Shown: positions 10,987-23,134, counted from the whole stretch's first letter. The stretch is 61,465 nucleotides of DNA, filler included, from Pirum gemmata (GCA_002812295.1; 16 parts of 16 records of this genome joined end to end with filler, not necessarily neighbours in it), one strand, 5' to 3'. Numbers and translations are program-made. The notes: generated from the letters alone by a model not told the origin.

Positions 10987-11643
10987 TTAAAAAAAAAAAC
11001 TTCTTTCGGGCCATTTTTTTTCGATTTTTTCTTACTTTTTATCTTCCAGAATGACCTTCCGTTGTAGTAGAATGGAATTATACCTTTTGAAAGTTCAATC
11101 TAAAAGTGAAAATTTCACATCTGGAAAAAAGGGAACTTCGTAAAAAAATACCCTTTCAATTTGTTGTATTCAGTCCATTTTTCGAAGTTGCCAAAAACAG
11201 TCAGTGATGTCAAGGTCCGCACTTTTTCAATGTCTGCCCGACGTACAGACGTCTGCGCATTTGGTTGATCGGGCCCGAAATTTTTCTCGGACAAAACTAC
11301 CCTTTCAGAACTCCTTTCAGTTTGTTGTGTTCAGTCCAAATGTTATTGAAAAGTGTAAATGATGTAGTTAGTGCTCGAAGTGGGTTTTTCTTTTTTCTTT
11401 TTGTTGTTGTTTTTGTTTTTTTTTGTTTTTTATGATTTTTCTTTATAATATCTCTTGTCTGTTTTATTTTATTTATTTTATTTTATTTTATTTTATTTTA
11501 TTTATTGTATTTATTGTATTTATTGTATTTATTGTATTTATTGTATTTATTTATTTTATTTATTTTATTTATTGTATTTATTGTATTTATTGTATTTATT
11601 GTATTTATTGTATTTATTGTATTTATTGTATAACCTGGAAAAC

Positions 11644-12590
11644 ATGGAAAACATGGAAAACATGGAAAACATGGAAAACATGGAAGAAATCGACATTCGT
11701 AAAATAAAATGTAGTGTTACTGATTGTGTCAACTTTGCCAAATATAATTACCTGAAACACTGGGTTCCTGCTCGCTGTGCAAAGTGTAAATTAGAAAACA
11801 TGGTTAACGTGTTTAGTAGGAAATGTGTGCGTGGTTGTGGTGTTAGAAAATCATTTGGATACGAAGGGGAAGAGACTTTGTTTTGTGCCCGACATAAATT
11901 GGATGGGATGGTTAGCAGAAAGAGTGCAGAGTGTGGTTGTGGTAAAAATGCCAGCTTTTGTTATCGCGGAGTCCTAAAACCAACGCATTGTGCAGTCTGT
12001 AAAGAGGAAGGTATGGTTATTAAATATGGAGCCAAATGTGAAAATATTGGTTGTGAGAGATTTCCTAGTTTCAATTACCCTGGTGAAAAAACACCCCGAT
12101 TTTGTTCTATTTGTAAAAAACGGGCAATGGTTAATGTAAAAAAGAAAGTTTGTAAAGGTGGGTGTGGGATAAAACCAAGTTATAATTACCCTGGTTTACC
12201 GAGTCTCTATTGTGCAGGATGTCAATTAGAAGGTATGGTTGATGTGGTTAATCGTAAGTGTAAATGTGGTCATTATCCATCATTTAATCGAAAAGGAAAA
12301 ACTACACCTTTGTATTGTACGAATTGTAAAGAGGAAGATATGGTTATGGTTAATCGTAAAGTTTGTGAAACGGGTTGTGGTAAACTTGCCGCGTACAATG
12401 CACCTACTGAGGATACAGGGAAGTACTGTATTGATTGTAAAGAAGATGGTATGGTCAAAATTACTGCTGAACTTCGTTTGATAAATGGACAGAGTAAGGT
12501 TAAGCAAAATTGTGTGGACATGATTCATAATATCAACAACAGCAACAATACAAATAACAACAATAATAATAACAATACTAATGCTAATGC

Positions 12591-12640
<50 letters not shown>

Positions 12641-12878
12641 GGAGTATTAGAAGTATTAGAAGTAAAAATAGAGATAAGAATAAAAACAACATTACAAAAA
12701 ATAATACTAGAGACATTAACAAAACTACTACTACTACTACTACTGCTAATAGTAGAAATAATAGAAATAACAATATAGCAGAAAATATAGAAAATAACAA
12801 TACTTCCAATACTAATTATAATAATAACACCTTTCGTAACAATCACCACAATCCCCAAAACAGCAAAGTTAGAAATAC

Positions 12879-12912
<34 letters not shown>

Positions 12913-13872
12913 CGCAGTAGTAGTAGTAATGATACTAACAATTTAAACAGCCCCCGAATTAATAGTAACAATAGCAGAAAGAATGTTCCTAAACCTAATA
13001 CCGCTACTGAAACTGCAATTCTTTACGTTAATAATAATGATGAAGTTGATTGGTGTATAACTGATTGTGGACGCCCTGCCAGATATAATTATAGAGGAAA
13101 AGATGTAAAAGGAAGATTATATTGTGAAAAATGCAAACTTGAGGGCATGATATATAAAAGAGTTAAAAAAACATGTGTTGGTGGTTGTGGTATATCCCCC
13201 AGCTTTAACTACCCTGATGAAGAAGGATTACTCTATTGTGCCACCTGTAAAAAAGAAGGCATGGTTAACAAAGCTGCTACCAAAAGATCATGTTTATGTG
13301 GAAAATCTTACCCTTGTTTTAATTACCCCGATGTCCCAAAAACCATATGTTGTTCGAAATGCGCACAGCCTGGAATGATTAACCATAAAAAAAAAAGATG
13401 CAAAGGGGGTTGTGGAAAACGTCCAACTTTCAATTTCCCCACCGAAAACGTCGCTCTTTATTGTAGAAGTTGTTTGTTGCCAGGTATGGTTGATGTTATA
13501 AATAAGAAATGCCCATGTGGGACTTATCCTTCGTTTAATGTTCCGGGACAAATTACCCCAAAATGTTGTGTAAATTGTAAAACTGCCGAAATGATAGATG
13601 TTACGTCGCGTAAATGTATTGCTGATGGTTGCCGAAAAAGTCCTAGTTTCAATTATCCCTATTTAACCGAACGGTTGTATTGTTATATTCATAAAAAGGA
13701 GGGTATGGTTGCTGTGCAAAGTAAAGTTGCGATGATTGAACTTGGTGAAATGCCATTGCCCGTGGCTCAACGTCAGCCGAAAGATACCCCTGTCAATGCA
13801 CCCATGGATGGGGATTCTTGTAAACGAAAAAAACAAACTACAACTACTACAAGACAAAAACGAACGAGATAA
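11644..13872 (+). CDS. EsV-1-7-type cysteine-rich repeat protein (13 repeats in blocks of 7 and 6, Asn-rich linker, basic C-terminus)
   Basis: Repeat consensus C-x1-4-C-x3-P-S-F-N-Y-P-x5-6-Y-C-x2-[CH]-K-x-E-G-M-V. First in-frame ATG at 11644; the upstream part of the listed ORF is microsatellite. Confidence 0.85.
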
Positions 13873-14291
13873 AAAAAAAGTTATAGAAAAATTAATTTTT
13901 ATCAAGAACCCCAGGAAAAAATAAATATTATATGATTAAAAAGAAAAAAGTAATAATAATGGGATTCTTTTTTGTTTTGTTTTATTGTGCTTTCAGTTTT
14001 TGGTTTTTGGTTTTTGGTGTTTGGTTTTTGGTTTTTGGTTTTGGTTTTGGTTTTGGTTTTGGTTTTGGTTTTGGTTTTTTTATTTTTGGTTTTTGGTTTT
14101 TGGTTTGGTTTTTGATTTTTGGTTTTTGGTTTTTTGATTTTTGGTTTTTGGTTTTTGGTTTTTGGTTTTNNNNNNNNNNNNNNNNNNNNNNNNNNNNNNN
14201 NNNNNNNNNNNNNTTAATTAATTAANNNNNNNNNNNNNNNNNNNNNNNNNNNNNNNNNNNNNNNNNNNNACTACTTCTACTACTACTACTT

Positions 14292-14323
<32 letters not shown>

Positions 14324-15233
14324 GATATATTCAACTTTTTTCAGCTTTTTTCGACTTTTTTCAGCTTTTTTCCTAGGCTTTTTTCATCTATTCTTTTTTA
14401 TAATCCCATTGGTTATTTTTAGAGTCAGGACTCAGGAGTCTGTGATGGACCACCGAGATGGGTGCTGCTTTTCATTTATTTTGTCACTTAGATTATTTAT
14501 TTGGTACTTTTAAGTTTATAAACGTGTTTCAAATAAATTTGATATAGTATTAACTTGGTATTTATTACTTCGTATTCTATTATGACAAAATAACTGAAAA
14601 GCATTATTAGCTGAAAAGCACAATAATTTTCATGTGACTCGAAATTTCTTTGTTTCCAATTTCTGGTCAAATACAGCTTCAGATACCCCTACCTACCTAC
14701 CTACCCCTCGACGTTAATTTCCGGTCAAATACCACCTTACCTACTCCTTGGCATAACGTATTATTCGAACACTCCCTAACTGAGTCCTTCAATAATTGAG
14801 CGAGTTCGAAATTCGAATCGAAACTCGAAATTTATCATATAAATATATTTAACACTGCCGAATAAAACTGCAGAAATCATTTTTTAGACTTCTTTTTATA
14901 ACTAGCCAAATTATTATTAAAAACTAACTATTGGTTCATAATAGAGTTTTCTTAGTTAAACCATTTCTAAAATTTTGATAGTACTTTTATTAAAATTGGA
15001 GGGTTTTAAAAGATTTCGTCTAAGCAGATTTTATGGCAGATTTTGCAGTTTTATTCGGCCTGGATGTTAAAAAATAAAATAAAAATAAAAATAAAGTTTA
15101 CAAATAAGGAAAAAAGATCAACAACTTTGAGTTCTCTCAACTACTATGCGCCAATTATCTTTAAGAGATTCGAGGAACCCGAAAACCGGGCGCACTATTT
15201 CATTTGTTATCTGTAGCTATCTTTTATTTATAA

Positions 15234-15356
15234 GGGAGCGTTCAACTTCCCGAGTCTACACCTACCTACTACCCCTCGGTCCCCTCGACGTTAATTTCCG
15301 GTCAAATACCACCTACCTACCTACTCCTTGGCGTGACGTATTATTTGAACGCTCCC
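15234..15356. mobile_element. 123-bp PIF/Harbinger (Tourist-like) MITE; another copy ~14660-14776
   Basis: Perfect 13-bp TIR GGGAGCGTTCAA(C/A) / TTGAACGCTCCC core with TAA on both sides. Confidence 0.8.
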
Positions 15357-15659
15357 TAAGGTTTTTTTTTTAAAAAAAAATATATTTATTACTTCTATTT
15401 TAGTTTTCAAAAAAATAAAAAATTAAAAAACAGCCAATAGAAGAGAAAATAACCACCACCAATTTGAACCAAAAGCAAACACAAGAAATTTTTTTTTATC
15501 ATTCGATTGATAATTTGATATGCATGATATAAAAAATTTAAAATAGTCTACTATCATAATGGGATATTAATAATTTGATACAAAATAAAGTAAAAAGGAG
15601 AATATTAATTAAAACTGATAATTTACATTCCCATTGTACAATATATTATGTATAATGGT

Positions 15660-17333
15660 GTATAACTAACTCGAATCATAAATCAAACAAAATTTTGTTT
15701 TGCCCTGAAACTTAAGCTCCATTACTTTGCTCATTTACTCATTTATTCATCCATTTATTCATTCATTTATGTAAAACTACATATTGTTAGTAGCTCGAAT
15801 CATAAACTAAACCAAGATTTTATTTCATTCTAAACCTTATTCCATTATTTACCCTTTTCATTCACTTATACTTATTTCCGAACATATGTAAAACAATATA
15901 TTATTAGTAGCTCGAATAAAACACCAAACCACAATTTTTTTTCCTTCTCAAACCTTATTTCCTTACATAGCTCGGTCATTCATACATTTATTTTCAAACT
16001 TAAGTAAAACAACATGCGGTTGATAAATCGAATCACAAACCATGCCAAAGTTTAATTTCCAACGCAAAAACCTATCGTGCTTTTCATTTATTTTGTCACT
16101 CTGAATATTTATTTGGAGGGTTATACTATTTAAATTAGCATTTTAAATCAATATAAAGATAATAAAATATACCAAATTAAATTAAATGGATTTATATCAT
16201 ATTAATTTGGTATTATCTATTATATACTTTATGATGACAAAACAACTGAAAACTGTATTAGTTTATTCATTCATACATTTATTTTCAAACATAATATGTA
16301 AAACAACATAACTCGAATCATAAAGTATTCCAAAAATTTTATTTCCTTCCCAAATCTTATGCTCGTTTATTCATACATTTATTTTTCAAACATATGTAAA
16401 ACAACATAACTCGAATCATAAAACAAGCCAATATTTTATTTCCAACTCAAAAACCTACTAGCTCGTTCATTCGTATATTTATTTTCAGACATATGTAAAA
16501 CAACATAGCTCGAATCATAAAACACTTTTTATTTCCAACTGAAAAACCTACTAGATCGTTCATTTAGTTTCAAACATATGTAAAACAAAATACAATCAAT
16601 AACTCGAATCATAAATCATGCCAAAGTTTAATTTCCAACTTAAAAACCTACTAACTCGTTTATTCATGTATTTTTTTTGCAAACATATGTAAAACAACAT
16701 AGCTCGAATCATAAATCATGCTAACATCTTATTTCTAATTCAAAAACCTACTAGATCGTTCATTCAGACATTTATTTTTCAAACATATGTAAAACAACAT
16801 AACTCGAACCATAAAGCATGCCAATATTTTATTTCCAACTCAATGCCTACTAGCTCGTTCATTCGTACATTTATTTTCAAACATATGTAAAACAACATAG
16901 CTCGAATCATAAAACTAACTTTTTATTTCCAACTGAGAAACTTATTAGATCGTTCATTCGTACATTTAGTTTCAAACATATGTAAAACAAAATACGGTTA
17001 ATAACTCGAATCATAAATCATGCCAAAGTTTAATTTCCAACTTAAAACCTACTAACTCGTTTATTCATGTAATTTTTTTTCAAACATAAGTAAAACAACA
17101 TAGCTCGAACCATAAATCATGCTAACATCTTATTTCCAATTCAAAAACCTACTAGATCGTTCATTCATACATTTATTTTTCAAACATATGTAAAACAACA
17201 TAGCTCGAATCATAAATCATGCTAAGATATTATTTCCAACTCAAAAACCTACTAGATAGTTCATTCATACATTTAGTTTCAAACATATGTAAAACAAAAT
17301 ACGGTTAATAACTCGAATCATAAATCATGCCAA

Positions 17334-17335
<2 letters not shown>
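15660..17335. repeat. ~100-bp tandem satellite with ~400-bp higher-order structure
   Basis: Unit caaacatatgtaaaacaacatagctcgaatcataaa...aaacctactagctcgttcattc recurs at ~16387, 16486, 16570, 16680, 16780, 16878, 16973, 17081, 17181 and 17280. More degenerate units lie upstream. Confidence 0.92.
16075..16255. mobile_element. ~180-bp TA-flanked MITE inserted in the satellite
   Basis: Starts TA|TCGTGCTTTTCA and ends TGAAAACTG|TA, interrupting a satellite unit. Confidence 0.8.
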
Positions 17336-17365
<30 letters not shown>

Positions 17366-17409
17366 TGATGATGATGATGATGATGATAACATAACTAGAA
17401 TCATAACTA

Positions 17410-17643
17410 TCATGTTAATAAATTACTTTGTTCCCGTTTCTGTTTCATAACTTGGTTATGTAAATCCATCATTCTAAAAGCCTCTTCTACTTCATCTACT
17501 TCTTCATCTTCATTATTATCATTAATATCAACATCCATCTCTTTCTCCTCTTTATTATAACTGTAATTGTTATTTTCATATTTTTCTTTTTCATTTCTTC
17601 GAAAATCTTTACCAAAATAAGTTTCTAAAATACCATCAACATG
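17410..17643 (-). pseudogene. 78-codon acidic open frame without a 5' end, abutting telomeric repeats
   Basis: Reads HVDGILETYFGKDFRRNEKEKYENN...EVEEAFRMMDLHNQVMKQKREQSNLLT*; upstream it runs directly into (CCCTAA)n. Confidence 0.4.
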
Positions 17644-17647
17644 CCTA

Positions 17648-17729
17648 TTAGGGTTAGGGTTAGGGGTTAGAGTTAGGGGTTAGTGGTTAGGGTTAGGGGT
17701 TAGGCTTAGGCTTAGGCTTAGGCTTAGGC
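17648..17729 (+). repeat. Telomere-type tract at scaffold end: TTAGGG/TTAGGGG then (TTAGGC)5
   Basis: Direct reading; the G-rich strand runs toward the scaffold end. Confidence 0.85.
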
Positions 17730-19115
17730 NNNNNNNNNNNNNNNNNNNNNNNNNNNNNNNNNNNNNNNNNNNNTTAATTAATTAANNNNNNNNNNNNNNN
17801 NNNNNNNNNNNNNNNNNNNNNNNNNNNNNTAATAATAATATTAATATTATTATTATTATTTTCTTTTAGCTTTTATTGTCAATAAACCCATGTTAAAATA
17901 AAAATCCAACGTCGTTTGTTTTTGTGTCCATTCAATTTCAATTTGGCATGTTGAAATTAATATTTATGTGCTTTTTATTATAAACAAAGAAATTACTAAT
18001 AATAGCAATTTACTCAAACTAATTTATTACAATTATAGGTTTAATATATTTCATTACAGCTGTCCTCTCAATCTTTAATTTTAATTTGGTATTGTTTAAG
18101 TGTATAATTGAACTTGTTTATAAAATACAACACTAACTATAAAATACCAAATTAATTAAAACATGCCTGATAATAATAATTTGGTAAGTTTATTCCAGTT
18201 TTTGAACTGGGCAACACTATTGAAAAACACGTTATATATATTGTCTACCTGCCACCACAAGGAGACACCAAATCTTCCTTTTTTTTTTTTTTTGGTATTT
18301 TACATTTCGAACCTATCTATTTACTATTTGTTTGTGGACTAAAAAAATTGTAAAAAAACGAGCAACAGGGTCTGCTGTAATTGGTTCAAATAAAAAAAAT
18401 AAACAAGCGAAAAGTCCTTTTTTCGCTTAATAACTATTATATTTTGATTTCAGATTTGGATTCGCCGTTCCAGAAAATACAAACTCTACTAAGAATACTT
18501 TATCTCAATGTTAAGTTTATTTGACGCATTTTTTTGCGAAAATTTTATTAAAAATCGGGCTATTGGTTATAGTAACGTACAGGGGTAGTCTATGTTGACG
18601 AAACCACTTGATGAAAATAAAAATAAAAATAAATAACCGTTGTGTTAGGTATTACTATTGGTTTAGTTATTGTTATTAGTAAATTATAGACTCATTTAGC
18701 AAATTTTTAAATATAATTGACGCAAGTCTTACTCCATGGAATCTATACTGCGGTTTATATTTATAGTGAATAATACAAACAAATGGGCGAATTAAATTAC
18801 AGATAGTCAAGTTTTCTATCCAATTTAATTCGATATAATCAAGTGCGTCCAAATTTGAATCTATTTGATGAGTTTCATTGACCAATGTTATCAATATATT
18901 TAAAGTTCATATTACCTTCTGATTTGTTTAAAGTCAGGATAAAAGTCAGGAAATCAATAAAAAAGCCATTTTAAAAATATGACATAATTTTTTTATGTTT
19001 TACACTGTTTTTACGTAATACTAATAACTTTTTACGTAATAATATCTTATGTTAAAATGAAGGCCACATTCTGATTTGTTTAAAGTCAGGAAGTCAGGAA
19101 GTCAATAAACAAGCA

Positions 19116-19300
19116 TAGTGCTTTTCAGTTGTTTTGTCATCATAAAATATACAATAAATAGTGCCAAATTAATATAATATAAATCCATTTAATTCAATTT
19201 GGTATATTTTATTATCTATTTGTTCATTTAAAAATGTCAATGTAAATATTATAACCAACCAAATAAAAATTCGGAGTGACAAAATAAATGAAAAGCACGA
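19116..19300. mobile_element. TA-family MITE copy
   Basis: TAGTGCTTTTCAGTTGTTTTGTCA...TGACAAAATAAATGAAAAGCACGA|TA. Confidence 0.8.
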
Positions 19301-19387
19301 TAACTTTAAAATTATGACATCACATGGTGACATCATACTGAACTTCCCTTCACTTTGAACTTCGTTCGCCGCTTCGGTCACTCGTTT

Positions 19388-19750
19388 GAAAAAAATCGAG
19401 CCGCACTTATTCATTTTTTTGCGCAGTCTGATAATTCGGTTATTAAAAAAAGCCGAGCCGCACTCATTCAATTATTTTTTTGCGCAGTCTGATAATTCGG
19501 TTATTAAAAAATCCGAGCCGCACTCATTCAATTTTTTTTTTGCGCAGTCTGATAATTCGGTTATTAAAAAATTCGAGCCGCATTCATTCTATTTTTTTTT
19601 GCGCAGTCTGATAATTCGGTTATTAAAAAATTCGAGCCGCACTCATTCAATTTTTTTTGCGCAGTGATAATTCGGTTATTAAAAAATTCGAGCCGCACTC
19701 ATTCAATTTTTTTTTGCGCAGTCTGATAATTCGGTTATTAAAAAATTCGA
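19388..19750. repeat. ~60-bp minisatellite, about 6 copies
   Basis: Unit ttttttgcgcagtctgataattcggttattaaaaaattcgagccgcactcattcaa repeated head to tail without unique spacers. Confidence 0.95.
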
Positions 19751-19794
19751 TAAAGTAACCCTCTAAAACCAGAATGAAATATAACAAAAAACTA

Positions 19795-19971
19795 CAGTGC
19801 TTTTCATTTATTTTGTCGTCATAAAATATACAATAAATAGTACCAAATTAATACAACATAAATCCATTTTATTAAATTTGGTATATTTTATTATATATTT
19901 ATTTATTTAAAAGTATCAGTTTAAATATTATAAACAATCAAATAAATATTCAAAATAAATGAAAAGCACGA
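19795..19971. mobile_element. Tc1/mariner-type (TA target) MITE; family also at 14465-14603, 21228-21332, 28601-28695, 46053-46232, ~437-555
   Basis: TA|CAGTGCTTTTCA...TGAAAAGCACGA|TA. The paralogous empty site at ~20171-20200 has a single TA. Confidence 0.88.
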
Positions 19972-19974
19972 TAA

Positions 19975-21152
19975 AATTAAAACGAAAAAGGCCCAATAGA
20001 ATTCTTTCATTATTAAAAAGAAAAAAAAAAGACAATTATATCATGAAATAACTAAATAAAGTAATAATATTTTATATAAATTTAAGCGTCCAAATAAAGT
20101 AGACCCTAACTACCCTAACCCTTATCGGGTAGACCCTAACCCAAACCCCAAAAAACCAATGAAATAACATAAAACTAAAATCAAAACGAAAAAGGCCCAA
20201 TAGAATTTTTTCATTATTTTAATCTTATCTGAAATAGTAAACAAAAAATACAGTAATCATGTTTCCTAGATTATGTTTCTATATAAATTTTTAAGGGTCC
20301 AAATAAAGTTAACCCTAACCCTAACTAATCCCAGCATAACGTAAACCTCTAGCCCCTAATTTTAACCCTAACCCTAACCCCTAACCCTAACCCCTAACCC
20401 TAACCCCTAACCCTAACCCCTAACCTTAGCCTCTAACCCTAATCTCTAACCTTCACCTCTAAACCTGACCCCTAACCATAACACAGGTAACTCCAACACT
20501 AATAATGATAATCCTAACCCTAACCCTAACCCTAATCCTAACCCTAACCCTAACCCTAACCCTAACCCTAACCCTAACCCTAACCCTAACCCTAACCNNN
20601 NNNNNNNNNNNNNNNNNNNNNNNNNNNNNNNNNNNNNNNNNNNNNNNNNNNNNNNNNNNNNNNNNNNNNNNNNNNNNNNNNNNNNNNNNNNNNNNNNNNC
20701 CCTAACCCTAACCCTAACCCTAACCCTAACCTTAACCCTAACCCTAACCCTAACCCTAACCTTAACCCTAACCCTAACCCTAATTATTCAAAACTTGACT
20801 TGAGCAATCAATAGCACTATATCATGCAATAACTAAATAGGGTAATAATGTTTCAACATTAATTTTTAAGCGTACAAATAAAGTTAACCCAGTTTAACCC
20901 TCTAACCCTAACCTCAGAATAAAATAACAAAAAACCAAAAAAGATCCAAAAGAATTCTTTCATTATTTTATTTGAAATTATATTATGAAATAACTAAATA
21001 CAGTAATAATATTTCTATATAAATTTAAGCGTCCAAATAAAGTTGACCCTAACCCTTACCGGGTAGACCCTAACCCCAAACCCAAAAATCCAATGACATA
21101 ACATAAAACTAAACTCAAAACGAAAAAGGCCCAATAGAATTCTTTCATTATT
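19975..21152. repeat. Telomere-associated ~205-bp repeats interleaved with (CCCTAA)n tracts
   Basis: aaacgaaaaaggcccaatagaatt...gtccaaataaagt..accctaac recurs at ~19980, 20185, 20940 and 21118 (partial at 20820). CCCTAA tracts span 20364-20783. Confidence 0.85.
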
Positions 21153-22663
21153 TGTAAAAACAAAATTAGTCATTGAAGCTCTATATATAGTCATTGAAGC
21201 TCTATATATGGTAATAAAAACAAAATATCGTGCTTTTCAGTTGTTTTGTCATTATAAAATATACAAAAAAAAGTACCAAATTAATACAATATAAATCCAT
21301 TTCATTTAATTGGGTATATTTTATTATATAATNNNNNNNNNNNNNNNNNNNNNNNNNNNNNNNNNNNNNNNNNNNNTTAATTAATTAANNNNNNNNNNNN
21401 NNNNNNNNNNNNNNNNNNNNNNNNNNNNNNNNATAATATAAATAATATAAATAAAATAAATAAAATAAATAAATAAAATAAATAATACTTAAATTGGCTA
21501 TAAAATTACTAAAATTATACAATTAATTCCATATGAAAATCGAGCAGCTGCCAACAAAAAAAAACCGAGTTCCGTTAAAAAATCCTCTTTTAATTTGTTC
21601 CGGGGCGGCAGCTGCGACACGCGAAATTTGGAAAAAATCCCAGAATCTGGCACGACCTCCTAATAGTAAAAGTGACGTCATCTCACCCCTACTCTAGTAT
21701 AGTATACGTAGCTACTATCCTTTCAGTGGGGTCTAGTAGGTTTACTCTTGTTTGACTTTAGAAAATAATTTGTAACAAATGCATGACGTAGGGCTGTGAC
21801 GTAGGGTCACGTAGCCATTAAAAAGTTTGAAAAGGGAAAATGATGACGCTTGGATGACGTTTAAAAGTAATAAAGACCTAAATTTTGGGGTGGGTTTTTT
21901 TACTTGGCCCTTTCAACATCTGGGGTCACTCGCTGACGACTGTCGAGTGCTCAGCTACTGTAGGTAGGGCTCTAGCTAGCTAGCTAGCTACAGGTCATAG
22001 CTAGAGAGTAGCTAGCCTCATCTAGCCTCTCACTCCCGTAGCGGGCTGTAGCGGGGGGAGCTCGCTAGCCACAGTTTAATTTTGGTAGTCTATTTTTTTT
22101 ACTTAATTTAGTTTAATATTGGCTAAATTTTACTATTACTTCACCTTTTTTGGGTTTTGGTTTTTTTTCCCCAAAAAAAAAACTGGAAAAACGAAAAAAA
22201 TGAAAAATTCCTTTTTTTAAAATCTTGTCCACTCGTTAAATTTTTATTTTTATTAAACCAATCGCTATATAATAATACAATTTTAATTTGAAAGTCTAAT
22301 TACAGTGGATAGCAAATTTTTAATTCTTTGTAGAACCCAATAATAAAAGATAAAAAAAAAGTTCTAAAAATTACTATTATTATTATTATTAGGGTCAAAC
22401 AGTTGGTCAAACAAACCAATGGTGTGAGCTGAGCTGTGAGGTGAGGATTGCAATGTACAATGTACACAAGTTTCAAAAGGCTGTGGAAAGAAGTATAGAT
22501 GTTGTTATTTATCTATTATTAGTAGTAGTCTTGTAGCCCTCTACTAGCTAGCTAGAGTATCTTAGTCCTCTAGGCTCTAAATTAAAAAACTTGAAAAAAA
22601 AAAAAATAAAAACTTTAGAAAAAAAAATTTTTTTTTTCAGAAATAAAAACTTCAGAAAAAAAA

Positions 22664-23134
22664 ATGTTTAATTGTACTATTTGTGTTAGCGATTGCGAAG
22701 TGCTAAGTTGTTTTTCTTGTTGTAAAGGAGAAGTCTGTATTGATTGTTTTGAAAAGCTGGTTAAATGCCCTTATTGTAATGCGATTATCGAAGATCAATT
22801 AGAATGCCGCAAACAAGAAGCAAATCGCCGTAATAACGAAGTGATAAGTGAAACTAATCGGCTTTTTATAAATCGGCTTTTTGTAGAACGACCTTTATCC
22901 TATGAGGAAAGAAGAGAAAGAGAAAGACAAAGAATGTTGGAATTAATGGCTAGAGTACTAGTGATAAGAGAGTCAAGAGCGGTAATAGAGGCTAGGAAAA
23001 GAAATCAAGCTAAGACTAAGACTAAGGCTGGTTTTAAGGCTAAGGCTAAGACTAAAGCTAAAGCTAAGGCTAAGACTAAAGCTAAGACTAAAGCTGGGGC
23101 TAAGACTAAGGCTAAGGCTAAGGCTAGGGATTAG
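22664..23134 (+). CDS. 156-aa RING-like zinc-finger protein with Lys/Ala-rich tail
   Basis: CTIC...CFSCC...CIDC...CPYC at the N-terminus, a charged helix, then (KA/KT)n. AAAATG start, intronless. Confidence 0.75.
   Translation: MFNCTICVSDCEVLSCFSCCKGEVCIDCFEKLVKCPYCNAIIEDQLECRKQEANRRNNEVISETNRLFINRLFVERPLSYEERRERERQRMLELMARVLVIRESRAVIEARKRNQAKTKTKAGFKAKAKTKAKAKAKTKAKTKAGAKTKAKAKARD

Noticed and set aside
11455..11643. Hydrophobic N-terminal extension of the EsV-1-7 protein
   Set aside because: Non-ATG start and a pure (TTTATTGTA)n repeat.
16270..17335. CRISPR-like repeat-spacer pattern
   Set aside because: The apparent spacers are homologous to each other; this is a satellite.
19388..19750. 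CRISPR-like array
   Set aside because: Units are contiguous and near-identical with no unique spacers, there are no cas genes, and the context is eukaryotic.
3607..23134. ART cluster, EsV-1-7 gene and RING gene as one giant-virus insertion
   Set aside because: They lie on different scaffolds separated by linkers, so there is no evidence of physical linkage.
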